A stretch of DNA of 64,000 bases, from positions 192,001-256,000 of the forward strand of contig JAVJQW010000043.1 of NCBI GenBank assembly GCA_040218735.1, in the 5' to 3' direction. Positions 9,950-19,215 of the stretch are shown piece by piece; positions within the stretch are counted from its first letter, which is position 1, and each line of letters starts with the position of its first letter. A program made the translations under genes and the position numbers. Source of the stretch: Deltaproteobacteria bacterium (GTDB lineage Bacteria > Myxococcota > Kuafuiibacteriia > Kuafuiibacteriales > Kuafuiibacteriaceae). The notes beneath the pieces were generated by a model. That model ran no database searches and was not told the DNA's origin. It saw only the letters and a list, made by a program, of their open reading frames with translations.

Positions 9950-10951
9950 TCAGCCCTTGAGCGATTCGGCGCCCGAGACGATCTCCATCAGCTCCGTGGT
10001 GATGGTCGCCTGACGCACGCGGTTCGCCTGCAGTGTGAGCTTGCCGATGAGGTCCTTTGCGTTGCGCGAGGCGGCGTCCATCGCGCTCATGCGCGCACCG
10101 TGCTCGGCCGCGGTGGACTCGAGGAGCGCACGCCAGATCTGCACGCCCATGTGCTGCGGGAGGAGTGTGTCGAGGACCTCGACCTGGCTCGGCTCGTAGA
10201 CGTGGTCGAAGCCGACCTGGTCGACCTCCAGGACCTCGGACGGGTTCCAGTCGCTGTCCGCGACCTCGAGCTGCTCGGCGGCGTTGTCGTGGCCAGCGAC
10301 GGCCGCGACGTTGCCCGACACCGCGGCGAGCTCGCCGACGCGCACGTTCGGGTCGTCCTTCCAGCCTTCGAGCGGGCGGATCGGGAGGAGCTGGTTGAGC
10401 GTGATGTTCTGCGAGATCGCGCTCTTGAACTCGTTGAACATCAGGTAGACCGCGTCGAGCTCACCGGTGCGGAAGCGCGTGGAGAGGTCGTCGGCGATCT
10501 CGGACGCGCGCTCGTAGGTGAGGTCGTCCCAGATGTCGTCGTAGGTCGCGGTGAGCGTGTAGCCCTTGCGACGGAAGTGGTCGCGCGCCTTGCGGCCGAT
10601 CGTCGAGACGCGGATCTCGTCGAACTCGTTCTCGTTCCGCTTCAGCCAGCGCTCCGCCGAACGGAGGATCGACGAGTTGAAGCCGCCGCACAGACCGCGG
10701 TTGGAGGACATCACCACGATCTCGACCCGGTGCGGCACGCGCAGCGAGAGGAGCGGGTGCGCCGAGACGTCCGCGGTGTTGACGATGTGCTGGAGCACCT
10801 CGTCCATGCGCATCGCGTAGGGGCGGGCCTGGATGATGGCGTTCTGGGCGCGGCGGAGCTTGGACGCCGCGACCATCTTCATCGCCTTGGTGATCTTCTC
10901 GGTGTTCTTGACCGCCTTGAGACGTTTGCGAAGGTCACGAAGGGTCGCCAT
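9950..10951 (-). CDS. atpG: F0F1 ATP synthase subunit gamma
   Basis: KITKAMKMVAASKLRRAQ, SNRGLCGGFN, EHGARMSAMDAASRNA and RQATITTELMEIVSGA. Confidence 0.97.
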   Translation of the reverse strand: MATLRDLRKRLKAVKNTEKITKAMKMVAASKLRRAQNAIIQARPYAMRMDEVLQHIVNTADVSAHPLLSLRVPHRVEIVVMSSNRGLCGGFNSSILRSAERWLKRNENEFDEIRVSTIGRKARDHFRRKGYTLTATYDDIWDDLTYERASEIADDLSTRFRTGELDAVYLMFNEFKSAISQNITLNQLLPIRPLEGWKDDPNVRVGELAAVSGNVAAVAGHDNAAEQLEVADSDWNPSEVLEVDQVGFDHVYEPSQVEVLDTLLPQHMGVQIWRALLESTAAEHGARMSAMDAASRNAKDLIGKLTLQANRVRQATITTELMEIVSGAESLKG

Positions 10952-11001
10952 CGTGGGGCGCGATTAATGAATGGCGGCGCCCCGGTCAACCACTTTGGCG
11001 T

Positions 11002-12105
11002 CTAGCCGTCCCGAACCCCCCGTCGGTAGGCGAGAATCCAGGCCCAGGCGGCGAAAAGCCCCAGCGCCGAGGCCATCAGCGGGGCCGCCGCCTCCGCCCC
11101 GATCGCCGCCGTCGAGGCCAGGGTCATCGCCACCTCGTCCACGATCCAGGCCGCGAACCCCAGGCCCGTCCCGATCCCGAGGGCCAGCGCCAGCCCCGGC
11201 CGGCGCCCCAGACGCAGGGTGAGTCCGGCCGCGAGGAGGATCGCAAACGCGACCGCGAGCGGGTGCATCCCGCGGCGGTAGAGCTCCAGGCGGTGTAGCG
11301 TCGCCGGCTGACCGAGCCGTTCGCGCGCTCGGGTCGAGGCGTACAGCCGCGCGAAGGGGAGCCGATCCGGATCCCCGACGCTCCGCACGAAGTCCGCCGG
11401 CTCCTCCACGAGGTCCAGCGACAACGTGTCCGCGACCGAGGTCGTCATCGTGGCGCCGTCGAAGCGGCGGTAGAGGACCCGCTCCGCGCGCCACCCGTCT
11501 TCGTAGCGGAGGCGCCCGGCGTCGAGGCGCTCGACGAGGCGCCCGCCGCGCACCGTCAGCATCAAGACGCCGCCGAGCGCGCGGCCTTCGGGGTCTTCGA
11601 GGCGCTCCACGCGGTAGATCCGATCCCGGCCGCGAAACCACATCCGTCCGCGTCGCAGGACGTCGGTGTTGCGCACCGGGAGACCGAGTCGCCGCCGAAG
11701 CCGCGCGGTCGTCGCCTGTGCCTCGGGCACGACCCACTCCGTCACCGACGCGTACAGCGCGGCGAGCACGAGCCCCGCGAGGAGCGCCGGCTTGAGGAGC
11801 GCGGTGGGCCCGGCGCCGGCCGCGAGGAACGCGACGAGCTCCTGTCGACGGGCGAGCGAAGCCATCGCGGTCGACGCGCCGATCAGCGCGCAGAAGATCG
11901 CGATCTGCTGGTAGACGACGGGGAGGTTCGACAGCTCGAGGAGCGCGACGTCGGCGGCGGTCCCCTCGATGTAACCGATGTTGCCGGTCTCGACGAAGTC
12001 GACCGCGATGAACAGCGACAACCCCGCGATGGTCGCGATGGCCACGTGGGCGAGCATGTCGCGCACGATCTGACGCGCGAAGCGGCCGAGCCACGGCGAT
12101 CTCAA
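11002..12105 (-). CDS. lptG: LPS export ABC transporter permease LptG
   Basis: Six-TM YjgP/Q architecture with LARRQELVAFLAAG. Lies after lptF, and the TTG at 12105 overlaps the lptF stop (alternative start 12135). Confidence 0.82.
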   Translation of the reverse strand: MRSPWLGRFARQIVRDMLAHVAIATIAGLSLFIAVDFVETGNIGYIEGTAADVALLELSNLPVVYQQIAIFCALIGASTAMASLARRQELVAFLAAGAGPTALLKPALLAGLVLAALYASVTEWVVPEAQATTARLRRRLGLPVRNTDVLRRGRMWFRGRDRIYRVERLEDPEGRALGGVLMLTVRGGRLVERLDAGRLRYEDGWRAERVLYRRFDGATMTTSVADTLSLDLVEEPADFVRSVGDPDRLPFARLYASTRARERLGQPATLHRLELYRRGMHPLAVAFAILLAAGLTLRLGRRPGLALALGIGTGLGFAAWIVDEVAMTLASTAAIGAEAAAPLMASALGLFAAWAWILAYRRGVRDG

Positions 12106-13232
12106 CGCGGCCTCCCGCTGCGATGCACGCCCCACGCGCCGACCGCGATCGCGATGACGTTCGGCAGCCAGGCGCCGACGAACGACAGCCCGTCGTAGCG
12201 GATCACGACGATGTCGGCGATGCGCGTGAGGAGGTAGTAACCGAGCACCGCGAGCACGCCCAGCACCGCGTTGCGCGCGCGCGTTCGGGGCCCACCGGAG
12301 AGCGCGATGGCGGCGCCGATGAGGCCGAACACCAGCGCCATAGACGGGAAGGCGTAGCGCCGCCAGTACTGTTTGAGGATGCGTCGGCCGAGCGGAGTCG
12401 ACAGCTTCGCTTCGTAGGCCGCGTCGTGCATCTGCTGCATCGTCATCTGCCCGAGCATCGAGACGAAGCGTGCCTTGCGGAACAGGTCGTCGCTCACGTC
12501 GACGCCCATGACGACGCGTTCGAACGACAGCCGGTCGTAACGATCCGCGACGCCGACGAGGCCGAGGTGCATCTCGCCGTCCTCCAGCGAGAACTCGATC
12601 GACTGCGCGTCGATCGTGAACTTCCCGCGCGACGACACGACGAGCATCGGGCGGTCGCGGTTGCGCTCGTCGAAGACGACGACGTCCTCGAGCGAGCCGT
12701 CGTCGTTTCGTTTCGCCGCGTACACCGCGCTACCCACGAAGTCCTCGTTGAAGACCCCGGGTTGGATCGCGCGCGTGAGGTTTCTGAGGCCGACGTCGAC
12801 GAGGCGCCGGTGCAGCATCCGCAGCCCGTACGGCTCGCCGTACATCGCGATCGGAAGACACACGAGGGTCACGGCGATCCCGAGCCCGATGGGCACGCGC
12901 GCGAGGCGCCACGGCGAGGCGCCGGCGGCGCGCAACGCGATCAGCTCGCGGTCCTGCGCCAGTCGCCCCAGGCCGACGAGCACCGCGAGCAGGTACGCGA
13001 TCGGGATCGCGAGGACGAGGAACGGGGGGAGGGCGGAGACGAAGATCACCGCGACGTCGTCGAGGCGCAGCCCGAGGCCGAGCGCCGCGCTCGCGAGGCG
13101 CCGCGCCTGGAAGAGGAACACGACCATCGCCACCGCGACGACCGCGACGAGCAGCGGGAGGAGGATCTCCCGCAGGAGGTATCGGTCCGCGCGGCGCAGG
13201 GGTCCCCGATACCGCGTCGTACGGAATTTCAC
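12102..13232 (-). CDS. lptF: LPS export ABC transporter permease LptF
   Basis: DRYLLREIL, LGRLAQDRELIALRAAG, IQPGVFNE and AWLPN. Confidence 0.85.
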   Translation of the reverse strand: MKFRTTRYRGPLRRADRYLLREILLPLLVAVVAVAMVVFLFQARRLASAALGLGLRLDDVAVIFVSALPPFLVLAIPIAYLLAVLVGLGRLAQDRELIALRAAGASPWRLARVPIGLGIAVTLVCLPIAMYGEPYGLRMLHRRLVDVGLRNLTRAIQPGVFNEDFVGSAVYAAKRNDDGSLEDVVVFDERNRDRPMLVVSSRGKFTIDAQSIEFSLEDGEMHLGLVGVADRYDRLSFERVVMGVDVSDDLFRKARFVSMLGQMTMQQMHDAAYEAKLSTPLGRRILKQYWRRYAFPSMALVFGLIGAAIALSGGPRTRARNAVLGVLAVLGYYLLTRIADIVVIRYDGLSFVGAWLPNVIAIAVGAWGVHRSGRPR

Positions 13233-13285
13233 GAGTCGAAGTCGCGATTGCCGGGTCGTCGACGTTCGAAGGATGCTCGTCCGGC

Positions 13286-14998
13286 GTGACGCCCTGGTTC
13301 GTGCTGCTCGTCGCCGCGACGTCGACGATCGACGTCGAGATCACGCTCGATCGCGTGGCGCGGATCGAGGTGAGCGGCTGCCGCGACTCCGATCGCGAGG
13401 TCGACGAGCTCCGCGTCGGCGCGGCGGGCGTCACGGCCTGCGCGAAGCGGCGTTGCAAGACGAAGAAACGCGTCGAGCTGTCGTGCACCGACGGCGTCGC
13501 GAAGACCGCCGCCGGGGACAAACGCCTCCCGGAGCGCGTCACGGTCCACGTCGACACCGGCCGCCTCGTCGTCGTCGCGCCGGTGGAGCTCGAGCGATAC
13601 GTCGCGGGCGTCGTGCGCGCGGAGCTGGGCGAGGCGCCGGACGCGGCGCGCGGGGCGCAGGCGATCGTCTCGCGGACCTACGCGATGAATGCGCTCGTCG
13701 CGCCGCGCCACGAACACAGCCACGTCTGCGATCTGACGCACTGCCAGGTCTTCCGCCCGACCGCACGCGTCGCGGCCGAGCCGGGGCGCATCCTCCTCGA
13801 CGACCGGGGCCGCGTCGCCGAGGTGTACTTCCACGGCGCGTGCGGCGGACGGACGATCGCGGCGCGCGAGGCTTGGCCGCGATCGTCGGCGACCGCGCCG
13901 GGGGTCGACGACCGGCGCGAAGACGGTGAGCCGTGGTGCCGCGACGGACGCGCCTCGTGGTCGTACACGATCGACGTCGAAGCGCTCGCCACGCTCCTGT
14001 CGAAGTCGCTCGGCCGCACGCTGGATCCCAAGACCCTCGCCGTCGAAGTCCGAGGCGCCGAGGCGATGGTCGGTGACGAACGCGCGCAGCGTCGTGTCCC
14101 CGCGCGTGACCTCGCGCGCACCATCGCCAAGGCGCGCGGCTGGAACACCGTCGAGTCCTCGCGCTTCACCGTCACACGGCGTGGTCGTCAGGTGCGCTTC
14201 GAAGGGACGGGGCGCGGACACGGCGTCGGGCTGTGCCAGTCCGGCGGGATCGCCAGGGCGCAGGCGGGCTGGACCACCGAGCGGATCCTCGACGCGTACT
14301 TCCCGACGTACGCCGTGCAGGAGGTCGCCGGGCCGCCGCTGCGCGTCGCCACGACCGGAGACTATCCGCCGTTCTCGGAGTCGAAGCCCACCGGCGACGA
14401 GGGCGTCGACATCGACCTCGCGCGGCGGATCGGTGCGCGGTTGAAGCGCCCGGTCGTCTTCGTGCGCACGACGTGGCCGACGCTGATGGCGGACCTCGCC
14501 GCCGGGCGCTACGACCTCGCGCTCAGCGGCATCACCGTGACCGACGCGCGCCGCCGCGTGGCGTCCTTCTCGCGTCCGTACTACCGAGGCGCGAAGCGTG
14601 CGGTCGTGCGGTGCGTGGATGAGGAGCGGCTCGCGTCCCTCGCGGCGATCGATCGTCCGAAGCACCGCGTCGTCGTGAACCCCGGCGGCACCAACGAGAA
14701 GTTCGTCCGCCGCCACGTGAAGAAGGCGAAGATCCGCGTCACGAAGACCAACCTCGAGATCTACGACGTCCTGGAAGCCGGCGGCGCCGACGCGCTGTTC
14801 ACCGACGCCATCGAAGCCGACTACCAGACCAAGCGGCGCGAAGCGCTGTGCATCGGTGCGGGCGGCGAGCGGTTCGATCCGTTCGACATCGCCGCGATGG
14901 CGCCGAAGGGCTCACCGCTCATCGAGGCGGTCGACGCGACGCTCGCCGCGCTCGCGTCGAGCGGCGAGCTGGCGCGGATCTTCGCGCGCCATCAGTGA
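13286..14998 (+). CDS. SpoIID/LytB lytic-transglycosylase domain fused to a family-3 solute-binding / cyclohexadienyl dehydratase-like domain
   Basis: SpoIID motifs LERYVAGVVRAE, AQAIVSRTYA, CDLTHCQVF and GRGHGVGLCQ. SBP3/PheC motifs TTGDYPPFS, VNPGGTNEKF and TDAIEA. Confidence 0.85.
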   Translation: MTPWFVLLVAATSTIDVEITLDRVARIEVSGCRDSDREVDELRVGAAGVTACAKRRCKTKKRVELSCTDGVAKTAAGDKRLPERVTVHVDTGRLVVVAPVELERYVAGVVRAELGEAPDAARGAQAIVSRTYAMNALVAPRHEHSHVCDLTHCQVFRPTARVAAEPGRILLDDRGRVAEVYFHGACGGRTIAAREAWPRSSATAPGVDDRREDGEPWCRDGRASWSYTIDVEALATLLSKSLGRTLDPKTLAVEVRGAEAMVGDERAQRRVPARDLARTIAKARGWNTVESSRFTVTRRGRQVRFEGTGRGHGVGLCQSGGIARAQAGWTTERILDAYFPTYAVQEVAGPPLRVATTGDYPPFSESKPTGDEGVDIDLARRIGARLKRPVVFVRTTWPTLMADLAAGRYDLALSGITVTDARRRVASFSRPYYRGAKRAVVRCVDEERLASLAAIDRPKHRVVVNPGGTNEKFVRRHVKKAKIRVTKTNLEIYDVLEAGGADALFTDAIEADYQTKRREALCIGAGGERFDPFDIAAMAPKGSPLIEAVDATLAALASSGELARIFARHQ

Positions 14999-16383
14999 GT
15001 CGACGCGAAGACGTGTCCCACCGTATGCGGCAAGGTGGGTTGCGGGTTCCCGGAGAAACGACGCTCCAGGCCGTCCACCACACTGTCGAACGCGTCGGGT
15101 GAGACCGCTGTGTCGGAGAGGCGAATGCTCGCCACACCCTCGTCGACCTGCGGGCGCGCCCAGAGGTTCGCGACGACCGTCCCGCCGTCCTTCGTGATCC
15201 GCCGCGCCTGGTCGAACACGTGTTTCATCGACGCCACCGCGGCGTCGGCGGCTTCGGGCGTCGCGAGCGCCGCGGCGCCGACGAAGTCGTCGTAGCCCTG
15301 GTAGCCGCCGTGGGTCTCGGCGATCGCGGTGGTCAGCGGGCCGAGGTGCATCGACCCCGCGACGAACGGGAGGTGCACGGCGTCGAAGGCATCGGTCGCG
15401 AAGTCGACGTCGGTCTGGTGGCGCCCCGCGGCGACCGCCGAGAACCAGTCGCGTGTCACCTCACCCAGCGACGTACCCGAAGCGAGCAACGCATCGGCGG
15501 CGTCGCTCTGCGCGCGAGCGTCCTGGCCCGAGAAGTCCGCGACCTTCACCTTCAGCTTCCGCGCCTGCGGGTGGTGCGCGTACTTGTCCGCGACGGTCCG
15601 TGCGCCCTGCTCGGACAGGTCTGCGACGACGACCTCCCCGACGCGATCCGAAGCGAGGAGATCTTCGAGGGGGGTCTCGTAGCCCGTGACGAGGAGGACC
15701 CGCGCGTCGCGGACGTCGCGATCTTCGAGACCCTCCAGGATCTGCGCGACCCCATACTGGTTATAGGCGTGACGCGTGAGGGTGTTGATGTTGTCGCCGC
15801 CCTCGACGCCGCGCGCCTGCAGGAAGCCCCACTGCGTAGTCATCGCGGAGGACAGTCGCCGACCGGCGGCGGTGTCGAGCAGGGACGTGTCGACGTCGAC
15901 GGGGTAGGCCGTCTTGCGTTTGTCGCCGACGCCCATCTCGGCGTGGACCGTCGTGCCCGGCGGCGTGAACGCGAAGCGCCCGGCGTCGAGGAAGTCCTTG
16001 CTCCCCACCGCTTCGCTCGGGCTCGTCTTCGCGCCCGTCGCATCCCGACCGAGCTGGAAGAGGAAGTCGACGAGCGTCGCGCGGTTCGCCTGCGCGGCCG
16101 TTGCGCCCGGCAGGCGAGCGACGGCTTCGATCTGCGACGCGAGCCCGTGCAGGACCTCGCGGTTGTCCTTCAGGAACGCGTGCGCCTGCGTGCGAAGCGC
16201 GGACGGCGTGAGGTCCGCCGTCCACCGGCCGAGCGCGCCCTGCCACCCGTCGGTCTCGACCCCCTGCGAAGCGAGCGTCTGCGCGAAGTCCGCCGCGAAC
16301 GTCTCGACCTGCGCGGCGTCGGTCTGCCCCGTCGCGAGCGCCGCGGCGACCGCGAGCTCGACCGGGTTCGCGGCGACCCTCAT
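14992..16383 (-). CDS. Hypothetical protein with a C-terminal class I SAM-methyltransferase-like fold
   Basis: VLLVTGYE..VVVADLS..VADFS..DAFDAVHL..RRITKDGGTVV pattern. Motif I is degenerate. ATGA overlap with the upstream gene. Confidence 0.55.
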   Translation of the reverse strand: MRVAANPVELAVAAALATGQTDAAQVETFAADFAQTLASQGVETDGWQGALGRWTADLTPSALRTQAHAFLKDNREVLHGLASQIEAVARLPGATAAQANRATLVDFLFQLGRDATGAKTSPSEAVGSKDFLDAGRFAFTPPGTTVHAEMGVGDKRKTAYPVDVDTSLLDTAAGRRLSSAMTTQWGFLQARGVEGGDNINTLTRHAYNQYGVAQILEGLEDRDVRDARVLLVTGYETPLEDLLASDRVGEVVVADLSEQGARTVADKYAHHPQARKLKVKVADFSGQDARAQSDAADALLASGTSLGEVTRDWFSAVAAGRHQTDVDFATDAFDAVHLPFVAGSMHLGPLTTAIAETHGGYQGYDDFVGAAALATPEAADAAVASMKHVFDQARRITKDGGTVVANLWARPQVDEGVASIRLSDTAVSPDAFDSVVDGLERRFSGNPQPTLPHTVGHVFASTH

Positions 16384-16736
16384 CGCGCACCTCGTGTCAT
16401 CGCGTGGAGGCGCAGGCCCATCGCGCCTTGGCGGCGTACGAAGCGCGACGCAAAACGATCGAGCAGCGCGATGTCGCCGAAGGTCTGGAGCGGTCGCGCT
16501 TCACCGCCCGCGAGCTGACGCGCGACGCCGGCCTCGTCGAGGAGGAGCGCGGCGTCACACCCGTCGGGTGCGTCGACGCTGCGGCGGAGCGCGGTCGTGT
16601 CGCCGAAGTCCGCGACCCACCACGCGGCGCGTTCCCCGAGGACGCCGACACCGATCCGCCCCCGCAGGCCGGCCGGCCCCGAGTCCGCGGTGACACACGC
16701 GTCGAGCAGCGAGAAGAAGGTGTCGACCACGTCCAC
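16380..16736 (-). CDS. Small SCP2 (sterol carrier)-like protein
   Basis: 118 aa with a DAALLL...LAGG...FGDIALLDRF pattern reminiscent of SCP2 domains. Starts 3 bp after the menB stop. Confidence 0.5.
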   Translation of the reverse strand: MDVVDTFFSLLDACVTADSGPAGLRGRIGVGVLGERAAWWVADFGDTTALRRSVDAPDGCDAALLLDEAGVARQLAGGEARPLQTFGDIALLDRFASRFVRRQGAMGLRLHAMTRGAR

Positions 16737-16739
16737 GCC

Positions 16740-17639
16740 TCAATAGTGCCAGGGGAACTTCTTGTAGTCTTGCGGACGTTTCTCGAGGAACGCGTCGCGC
16801 CCCTCGCGGGCCTCCTCGGTGCCGTAAGCGAGGCGGGTCGCCTCCCCCGCGAAGAGCTGCTGGCCGACCATGCCGTCGTCCGGGAGGTTGAAGCCGTACT
16901 TCAGCATGCGCATCGCGGTCGGGCTCTTGGAGTTGATCAGCTCCGCCCACTCCAGCGCGACGTTCTCCAGCTCCGCGTGGGGCACGACCTTGTTCACCAT
17001 GCCCATCGCGGCCGCCTCCTCGGCGGAGTAGTTCAGGCCGAGGAAGAAGATTTCGCGCGCCTTCTTCTGCCCGACCTGGCGCGCGAGCAGCGCCGATCCG
17101 TACCCGCTGTCGAAGCTGGCGACGTCCGGGTCCGTCTGCTTGAAGATCGCGTGCTCGGCGCTCGCGAGCGTCATGTCGCAGACCACGTGCAGCGAGTGAC
17201 CGCCGCCGACCGCCCACCCCGGCACCACCGCGATCACGATCTTCGGCATGAAGCGGATCAGGCGCTGGACCTCCAGGATGTGCAGGCGCCCGAGCTTCGC
17301 GCGCGCGATGGGGTCGTCGGAGTCGACGCCCGCGTACTGGTAGCCGTCCTTGCCGCGGATGCGCTGGTCGCCGCCGGAGCAGAACGCCCAGCCCCCGTCC
17401 TTGGGCGAGGGGCCGTTGCCCGTCAGCAGCACACACCCGACGTCCGGCGTCTGGCGGGCGTGATCGAGGACGGCGAACAGCTCGTCGACGGTCTGGGGAC
17501 GGAACGCGTTCCGGCAGTCGGGGCGATCGAAGGCGACCCGGACCGTCCCGCCCTCCTTGGCGCGGTGGTAGGTGAGGTCCTTCAGGTCGAATCCCGGCAC
17601 CTGAGTCCAGCGAGAGGCGTCGAACAGCTCGGAGACCAT
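16740..17639 (-). CDS. menB: 1,4-dihydroxy-2-naphthoyl-CoA synthase
   Basis: RNAFRPQTVDEL, GPSPKDGGWAFCSGGDQRIRG, GWAVGGGHSLHVVCD, SFDSGYGS and QQLFAGEATRLAY. Confidence 0.96.
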   Translation of the reverse strand: MVSELFDASRWTQVPGFDLKDLTYHRAKEGGTVRVAFDRPDCRNAFRPQTVDELFAVLDHARQTPDVGCVLLTGNGPSPKDGGWAFCSGGDQRIRGKDGYQYAGVDSDDPIARAKLGRLHILEVQRLIRFMPKIVIAVVPGWAVGGGHSLHVVCDMTLASAEHAIFKQTDPDVASFDSGYGSALLARQVGQKKAREIFFLGLNYSAEEAAAMGMVNKVVPHAELENVALEWAELINSKSPTAMRMLKYGFNLPDDGMVGQQLFAGEATRLAYGTEEAREGRDAFLEKRPQDYKKFPWHY

Positions 17640-17718
17640 GCGGCGCGTCATACCTTCGTCGTCGGCCTGTCGAAAAGGCTCAACCTGAGCCGAGTATCGT
17701 CCGAAGACACGCCTGGAA

Positions 17719-19215
17719 GTGGTCTACGCGAACCAATTCGGGGAGGAAACCCTGGCAACTCTGCCCGGCACCGTCCTGCCCACGGGCGATCTGCGGCTCT
17801 CGCAGGAGTCCAGCCTCATCGTTCTGTCCGGGCCGAACGCGGGTCAGCGCGTCGAGCTCGACGAGCAGCTCATCATCGGGCGGGGCGAGACGTGCGGGAT
17901 GCGCCTCCTGGATCCCGACATCTCGCGCGAACACGCACGGGTCACGCGCAACCGCGACGGCGCCTACCTCCTCGAGGATCTGCGGAGCCGCAACGGGACG
18001 ATGGTCGACGCCGTCCCGGTCACGCGCCACATGCTGCGCGTCGGCGACCGCATCCGGTTCGGTCGGAGCACGGTCGTCCTGTTCACGAACTTCGGCGACG
18101 TCGAGGATCAGATCCTCCACAAACAAAAGCTCGAGGCGCTCGGCCGCCTCGCGGGCGGCGTCGCGCACGACTTCAACAACCTCCTCGGCGCGGTCCTCTC
18201 GAACGTCGCGTACCTCCTCGAAGAGCAGGGTGAGCTGGAGGCCGGCGAGGTCACGGCCACGCTCGACGACATCCAGAGCGCGGCCCTGCGCGCGGCGGAC
18301 CTGACGCGGCAGCTCCTCGGTTTCGCGCGGAAGGGCAAGTACGAGCACCGACCGACGAACGTGCACGAGCTCGTCGGCGAGGTCGTCAACATCCTCGGGC
18401 GCACGATCGATCCGGCGGTGCGCTTCCACGTGAACGGCGACCCTTCGCTTTGGGTGCTCGGCGATCGATCGCAGCTGCACCAGGTCTTCCTCAACCTGTG
18501 CATCAACGCGCGCGACGCGATGCCGCACGGCGGGAACCTCCGCATCGACACCTTCTGCCGCGACGACTTCGTCATCGTCGAGTTCACCGACGACGGTTGC
18601 GGGATGCCGCCCGACGTCCGCGAGCGGGTCTTCGAGCCCTTCTTCACCACGAAGGACGTCGGTCGCGGCACGGGCCTCGGGCTCGCCACGGTCTACGGCG
18701 TCGTGAAGAACCACGGAGGCGAGATCCACGTGGAGAGCGAAGTGGGACGCGGCACGACGTTCCGCATCTTCCTCCCGCGACACGAAACGCCGGAGCCGAA
18801 GACCGAGGTCGTCGAGATGACCTCACCCGGCGTGGAGCAGACCGTCCTCGTCGTCGATGACGAGCAGCTCGCGCGCCGCGGCTGCGCGCGCAACCTGCGG
18901 AGCGGCGGGTTCAAGGTGCTCACCGCGGAGGACGGCCCGGAGGCGATTCGCCTCTACGAGGAGCACAAGGACCACATCGACGTCGTGCTCCTCGACGTCC
19001 TCATGCCGGGCATGTCGGGCGAGCAGGTCGCGGAGCGTCTCTACGCGATGGACCCACACGTTCGCATCGTCGCGATCTCCGGTTTTGCCGACATGCGCGA
19101 CGCCGATCTTCTGTTTCAGGGGCGCTCGGTCGGGTTCCTGCGCAAGCCCTTCACACCGGTCGGGCTCAACGACACGATCATGCGCGCGCTGCGCAAACCT
19201 ATGAGTCGTCGGTGA
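17719..19215 (+). CDS. FHA-domain hybrid sensor histidine kinase / response regulator
   Basis: FHA (IGR, ISREHA, DLRSRNGT), H-box GGVAHDFNNLL, N/G1/F/G2 boxes (NARDAM, DDGCGM, FEPFFTTK, GTGLGL) and REC (VVDDE, LLDVLMP, KP). Confidence 0.93.
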   Translation: MVYANQFGEETLATLPGTVLPTGDLRLSQESSLIVLSGPNAGQRVELDEQLIIGRGETCGMRLLDPDISREHARVTRNRDGAYLLEDLRSRNGTMVDAVPVTRHMLRVGDRIRFGRSTVVLFTNFGDVEDQILHKQKLEALGRLAGGVAHDFNNLLGAVLSNVAYLLEEQGELEAGEVTATLDDIQSAALRAADLTRQLLGFARKGKYEHRPTNVHELVGEVVNILGRTIDPAVRFHVNGDPSLWVLGDRSQLHQVFLNLCINARDAMPHGGNLRIDTFCRDDFVIVEFTDDGCGMPPDVRERVFEPFFTTKDVGRGTGLGLATVYGVVKNHGGEIHVESEVGRGTTFRIFLPRHETPEPKTEVVEMTSPGVEQTVLVVDDEQLARRGCARNLRSGGFKVLTAEDGPEAIRLYEEHKDHIDVVLLDVLMPGMSGEQVAERLYAMDPHVRIVAISGFADMRDADLLFQGRSVGFLRKPFTPVGLNDTIMRALRKPMSRR

